Source: Paraspadella gotoi
Taxonomy: Eukaryota > Animalia > Chaetognatha
Length of the DNA stretch: 64,000 nucleotides
Assembly: GCA_051294375.1 (NCBI GenBank)
Contig: CM119266.1
Location: forward strand, 4,447,866-4,511,865
Direction: 5' to 3'
Position 1 is the first letter of the stretch; each line of letters begins with the position of its first letter. Both the position numbers and the translations under genes were made by a program. The notes beneath the pieces were generated by a model. It had not been told where the DNA came from. It was given only the letters and a program-made list of their open reading frames with translations, and searched no databases. Shown here piece by piece: positions 58,301 through 64,000 of this stretch.

Positions 58301-61300
58301 GACCTTTTTTTTAGAATTCGAGAAGCGATCGACCCTCGGTTTTTTTCTTTTTCTTGAATGGGAAACGTTCTTTTGTTTTCTTGTTTTTGTTGATTAAGAT
58401 GTGTTTAATATAAATGAACGACATTTTCTTTTGTTTTTTCGTTCATTTTTACGTTATTCTTGTTTTTTTTTTTTAGTTTTCCTTTTCAAAAAACTTTAAT
58501 TAGCATTTAAAAAAAAAATCCTGCTTATTCGAATTTTACTGACCTACCAATTAAGTGTCTCATGGGTATACTTTAAGATTTTATATTTTTCATTAGGGCA
58601 CTTTTTTTGTTCTTCACATCCTCTCTGCCCTACCGTGAGTCATTATTTATTCGTGATAAAAAGCAATTAATTAACCGCTTAATCAATAAAACTATAAAAT
58701 CAGACAGTAGTAAACTTAACCATACTTGAGAGGTGACGCAATATATCTTATTTGCATTTAACAGTATGTTGAAATCGATTCATTTCAAAAAAACACTATT
58801 TCTCTATTGATAGTTTGTAGTGCAAAATTGTGAGAAAATTTAGGATAAACGTATTTTTATAATCAAAACAAACTATTAAGACTTAATAGTTTTATTGTTT
58901 TTTAAACAATTGATCGTAAAGGAGTCGTTTTGCTCTGAGAAAAGATAACATTTAATTTTTTTTTAGATTTACTTTGACCGTCAACAGACTTAGTCAAGCC
59001 TTTATTAAAGTGTGTTAATATGGTGCATATTGAGAACCAAAAACGGAATCCTTTAATAGCTTATATTGAACGAGCTTTTTAAACTCTACTACAAGAATTA
59101 CCATAAATCGATTGAAAAGAACTCTTCAATTCTATTCTTATTAAAGGGTGTGAAGTCTTTATATTTTATTTATTAAAATTATGATAATACTAAGAAGAGA
59201 ACAAGGGCGTGGCGATGATTACTATTTATGAAAACTTTAGTATTATGATAAAGACGAATTTGCTGAGCGAATGTGAGTGTTATGAAGTATTAAGGATGTC
59301 TGAATGAGAGAGAGTGTATCGCCGAGTGGTGGAAATATATAAATATATCTCACTGCGTCGCCTATTAATAGTGATTTGCTCGTTNNNNNNNNNNNNNNNN
59401 NNNNNNNNNAAGGGAGAGAGAGAAGAGAGAAAGAGTATTAGAGCCAAGCAGTTCTTAAACGTACATGGGAAAGGAATATTTGAATATCCATGCAATGGGA
59501 AATGATGCGAGACAAAACGTTTTAATTTGGACGAGACAGTAGGAGAATTCCTTTTATAAGATAAAATAAACAAAAACCAATAACACAAAAGAAGAAATGA
59601 GCAGGATGTTGGGAAAGTTTGTCACAGCGGTAAGTTAAGATATTAACTTCACGAAAAGCTTAAATAAGTCTGTTTAAGTCGAGACGATATTTCTTAAAGG
59701 ACATTTTGATATATTCAAGCTTTTACAAAATATATCAACTCATGCGAGTTGAGCTTGATTGTGATTGATTCACTCGTGTCAGTCGGAAATAACATGAAAT
59801 AAGTTTTTAAGACTTTTTCAAAATATTTCTTGCTTTTACTCGAGTATAATAAGGAACAAATTCCGAATTATAAATCTAATTAAAATAATGGTTTCCGCTG
59901 TGTTTTTTATTTGGAAATTAAGAGGGAAAAATCAAAGATGAATTCAATACTGCGTTTATTACTCAAAAACTTTTTTATCTTCCAACTCCTGCAATATTAA
60001 GAAAAAATAATAGGTGGAGTAAGTGTGTGCTGGATGTGTGTGAGAGAGGAAGGACAGAGAGAGGAAGACAGGATAATATATGATAATATATATATAAATA
60101 TAATATATATATATATTATATATTATAATATATATAAGTATATAATATATTTATATCTAGAAAAATATTTATATACTTATGGAGGTAGAAATGGCTTTTT
60201 AAAACAATTGATTTCTAACTGTAAAAATTACTACTTTCGATCTCATTTAATTCTTAGGGTCATTCTTGATTTAAAATCGGTTAGGAATAGTTTATTCTCT
60301 ATTCTGATATATCACTCATGTTGCTAATTCTAATACTCAAATGACGCTTACGACCAAAGTCTTTTTAGAATAATTGAACTAATTCTTTTCTAATAATTAA
60401 TTAACTATCGAGTAATAAAATCTACTTCAACTATTGGCTTAATAAATTGAAAAGGTTTAAGCTTCGTGGACAGAAATGGAGCGTAGACACTTTCGTCTTA
60501 TTATAGAGAAAGAGAGAGAGATCGAGAGAGAGAATATTTATACACACACATATGTATAAAGCTTTTACTGTTCATCTATATAAAATGTATATAGTACATA
60601 GGTAAAAGTAAAAGCAAATATTCTCCATTTTTTCACCATAAGATCTCTACCTAAATCTCTCTATTACATCAACCCCACTTTTCAGCCAACCCCCTAAATC
60701 GCCCACCCTCCCTCCAACTATCCCCCTCCCCCCCTCCCCCCTCCCCCCGCTCCGCCCCGCTCCCCCCCGTCTTCGTCGTCGATAAACCAGAACAAACGCT
60801 GTGCAGTTATAAAAACCGCGGCGGAGGTTGACCCCTTTTTTGGGGGGGCCGGTTGGGTTGGGGGGCTGGGTGGGTGAATGGGGGTTGAAGGGTGGCTGGG
60901 GGAAGGAAGAGTGGGACTCCGATGTAGAGTGAGTCGCAGTTGATGGAGACAGAGACGTCGCGACCTTTTTTTTTAGAATTCGAGAAGCGATCGACCCTCG
61001 TTTTTTTTTCTTTTCTTGAATGGGAAACGTTCTTTTTTGTTTTTCTTGTTTGTTAGTTAAGATTGTGTTTAATATAAATGAACGACATTTTCTGTCTTGT
61101 TTTTCGTCATTTTTACGTTTTCTTGTTTTTTTTTTTTTTAGTTTTCCTTATTCAAAAACTTTAATTAGCATTTAAAAAAAAATCCTGCTTTATCGAATTT
61201 TACTGACCTACCACATTAAGTGTCTCATGGGTATACTTTAAGATTTTTATAGTTTCAATATTGGCACTTTTTTTCTGTTCTTTCACATCCTCTCTGCCCT

Positions 61301-62224
61301 ACCGTGAGTCATTATTCATTCGTGATAAAAAGCAATTAATTAACCGCTTAATCGAATAAAACTATAAAATCAGACAGTAGTAAACTTAACCATATTTGAG
61401 AGGTGACGCAATAATCTTATTTGCATATAGCAGTAATGTGAAATCGATTCAATTTCATAAAAACACTTTTCTCTATTGATAGTTCGTAGTGCAAAAGTTG
61501 TGAGAAAATTTAGGATAAACGTATTTTTATAATCAAAACAAACTATTTAAGACTTAATAGTTTTTATTGTTTTTAAACAATTGATCGTAAAGGAGTCGTT
61601 TTTTCTCTGAGAAAGATAACATTTAATTTTTTTTTAAGATTTACTTTGACGTCAACAGACTTAGGTCAAGCCTTTATTAAAGTGTGTTAATATGGTGCAT
61701 ATTGTAGAACCAAAAACGAAATCCTTTAAATAGCTATATTTGAACGAGCTTTTTAAAGCTCTACTACAAGAAATTACCATAAATCGATTGAAAAGAACTT
61801 CCATTCAATTCTATTCTATTAAAGGGGTGTGAGTCTTTATAATGTTAGTTTATTTAAAAATTATGATAATCTAAAACAAGAAGAAACAACGTGGCGATGA
61901 TTACTATTTATGAAAACTTTGATATTAATGATAAAGACGAATTTGCTGACAATTTTGATGTTTATGAATATTTGGAAGATTCTGATGAAAATTATCCCGA
62001 TTTTGATAATTATGAAGATGACATATAAGATGAAGCTGATGATAGCAATTTTTTTTATCATTTAAGATGATGATGACAAATTATGAGGTGACCGCAATGA
62101 TAATGATGATTACAATGACGATTACGACAATGACGATGATGACGAACGAAGGTTGACTCCGACGACGAACCACATCAGGTGATGATCTCTGGTTTTGAGT
62201 GAAAATCCGCGTGAGAATGAAAAA

Positions 62225-62259
<35 letters not shown>

Positions 62260-63180
62260 NNNNNNNNNNNNNNNNNNNNNNNNNCGACGACCGCGATGAA
62301 GAACCAGCAAATGGAGCGTGAAGAAAGAAGGAAACGGAGAAGAAAATTCAGGAACATGTTTGATCACCGAAAGAGAGAGGGAGAGAGAGGAGAGAAGAGA
62401 GAGAAGGAGGGAGAGAGGTATTGATAGAGTTGATGTGGTGATATGAGTCGGGAGGGATGTGGAGAAGAGAATAGAGGGAGAGAGTGAGAGAGATGAGACG
62501 AGAAATGAGAAGAGAGAGAGAGACGCGGAGAGGAGGTGGATGGCTAGGTAGTTTATCAGTGGAGAAGGTGAGGGGAAGTTGGGGGAAGATAGAGAGAAGT
62601 GAGAGAAGAACTAGACGGAGAGAGGAGAGAGGAAAGAGATGCTGGAGAGAGAGATTGAGACGACGAGAGAGAGATGAGAGAGGAGCAGGAGCGAGGAGAG
62701 AGAGAGGAAAGAGAGGAGAGAATTTACTTTGTCCCTTGATGTGTCCGCTATATTTTCGCGGTCGATAGAATGGTGATCTAATTAGGGTAATATTCCAATC
62801 CCGCTAACTGAACCTTTTAAAGACCATGGTTGGTTGTCACTTGTCAAACATCACAACTCTTCGTTATAACTCTTTCACCATAGATAATCTCTTTGCTACA
62901 AATTCTCAAACGTTCACATACAAACTTCAGCGATAATCATACCCATCACTGGTGAGATGAGGTCAAAGATCATCGGAGGCTGTGGTGTGGCCCAAATCAA
63001 GAACTGACTCCTACTGAATAGATTGACCAAAAAATCAGGCACAACGCACTACACAACCCTCTCATAAATCAATCGAACTCCTGTACCCACAAATAACAGG
63101 AGAAAAAAAAAGTGCAAACAGCAAACTCCTCCACAAAAAAAGTTCGGGTCGGACGGGCTTGGCTGTTTCTTTTCCTTTTC
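54850..63180. repeat. Inverted triplication: ~54850-57578 (+), 57605-59266 (inverted copy of ~55782-57455) and ~60150-63180 (second inverted copy)
   Basis: For example 57605 ttttaaaaatcggttaggaatagttatctctc is the reverse complement of 57421-57454, and 62170-62215 is the reverse complement of 55527-55572. The fold-back is centred on the 25-N gap at 57580-57604. Confidence 0.92.
54939..54981 (-). promoter_or_regulatory. Tandem CCAAT (NF-Y-type) boxes
   Basis: CTGATTGGTCAA occurs twice (ATTGG at 54942 and 54973, 31 bp apart). The reverse complement TTGACCAATCAG fits the NF-Y consensus RRCCAATCA/G. Confidence 0.4.
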
Positions 63181-63578
63181 TTGGTCTATATGCTCATCGT
63201 CTTTCTTTTTTTCCTTCTATCCGCTCTTGTAATACCACCTTCATTGTACTTTCCTTCTCGACTCGTCCTGTTTATTTTTCGTCCTCGTCTGTTCTTCATT
63301 TCGCCTTTTTCTGTTCTTTTCGTGTGACTTTAATTTGATAACTCTTTGATATACGACTCGATTCGGATGTGAATAGCCAACGGACGGAAGGGAGTAGAAA
63401 GGAAAGGCTGGGTCCGGACAACGTCAAGAAGATTTAGAGCCACGGGGACAGATACGGGGAAGTAGGAAAATAAAAGACTAAAAAGAAGAATTCGGTCGTT
63501 CTCTTGTTCGAGGTTAACCCTTTGATGTAAAGAACTTTATTGTTCTCTCTGCGGTACTGCATCTCTTCTCTCCTCCCT

Positions 63579-63618
<40 letters not shown>

Positions 63619-64000
63619 CTCTCAACTCTCAACGTAACCACCGTAAACCCGAGGGCAGGCCAAACTTTTGGCTATTTAAATGCTGCTTCGTAAAACGTTT
63701 ATATTTATTACGAATAGTTCGGTTTTAATTTTGGAGATTATTTAATTTAAGATTTAAAATTTATTTAATTTTAGTTTATCGTTTCTCGGCTTGACTGTTA
63801 TGTTTTTGTTTGTGAAGGTTGTTTCTTCTGGCTGATTGTTTGCGTTTTTATAATTATCTTCTTTAATGTTAATTATTAAGTGGTAATATAATCAAAATAA
63901 ATATTGATCTTGTATAATTTGGATGATTGTAAAAGTATAACTAATCACCTGCCAAAGGGGCTGACGCAAATAAGAAAACCAATATTATAGGGTTAAAACG

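Noticed and set aside
55782-59266. Large terminal inverted repeats of a transposon
   Set aside because: There is no internal transposase, the arms flank a 25-N gap, and a third copy follows; an assembly artefact explains this better.

Overview
This is AT-rich invertebrate (bilaterian-type) nuclear DNA from a draft assembly, dense in (GA)n, (GAC)n, (ATT)n and (ATTT)n microsatellites. One gene is clearly supported, and the ORF track misses most of it because it is spliced: a minus-strand Gbx/unplugged homeobox gene. Its identifiable exons are 42014-41758, 41466-41236 and probably 40940-40362, and an intron splits the homeodomain at Q44|V45. The gene is 5'-incomplete; a frameshifted GC-rich segment near 50.7-51.1 kb may be the missing eh1-bearing first exon. 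Roughly 40% of the window is direct or inverted near-duplicate blocks with indel-rich copies, often beside gaps of exactly 25 N. These look like long-read gap-filling or chimera artefacts rather than biology. I found no support for a novel multi-gene system, CRISPR array, rRNA gene or autonomous transposon. The best leads are the long repeat-containing Gbx C-terminal extension, the candidate first exon and a tandem CCAAT element upstream.
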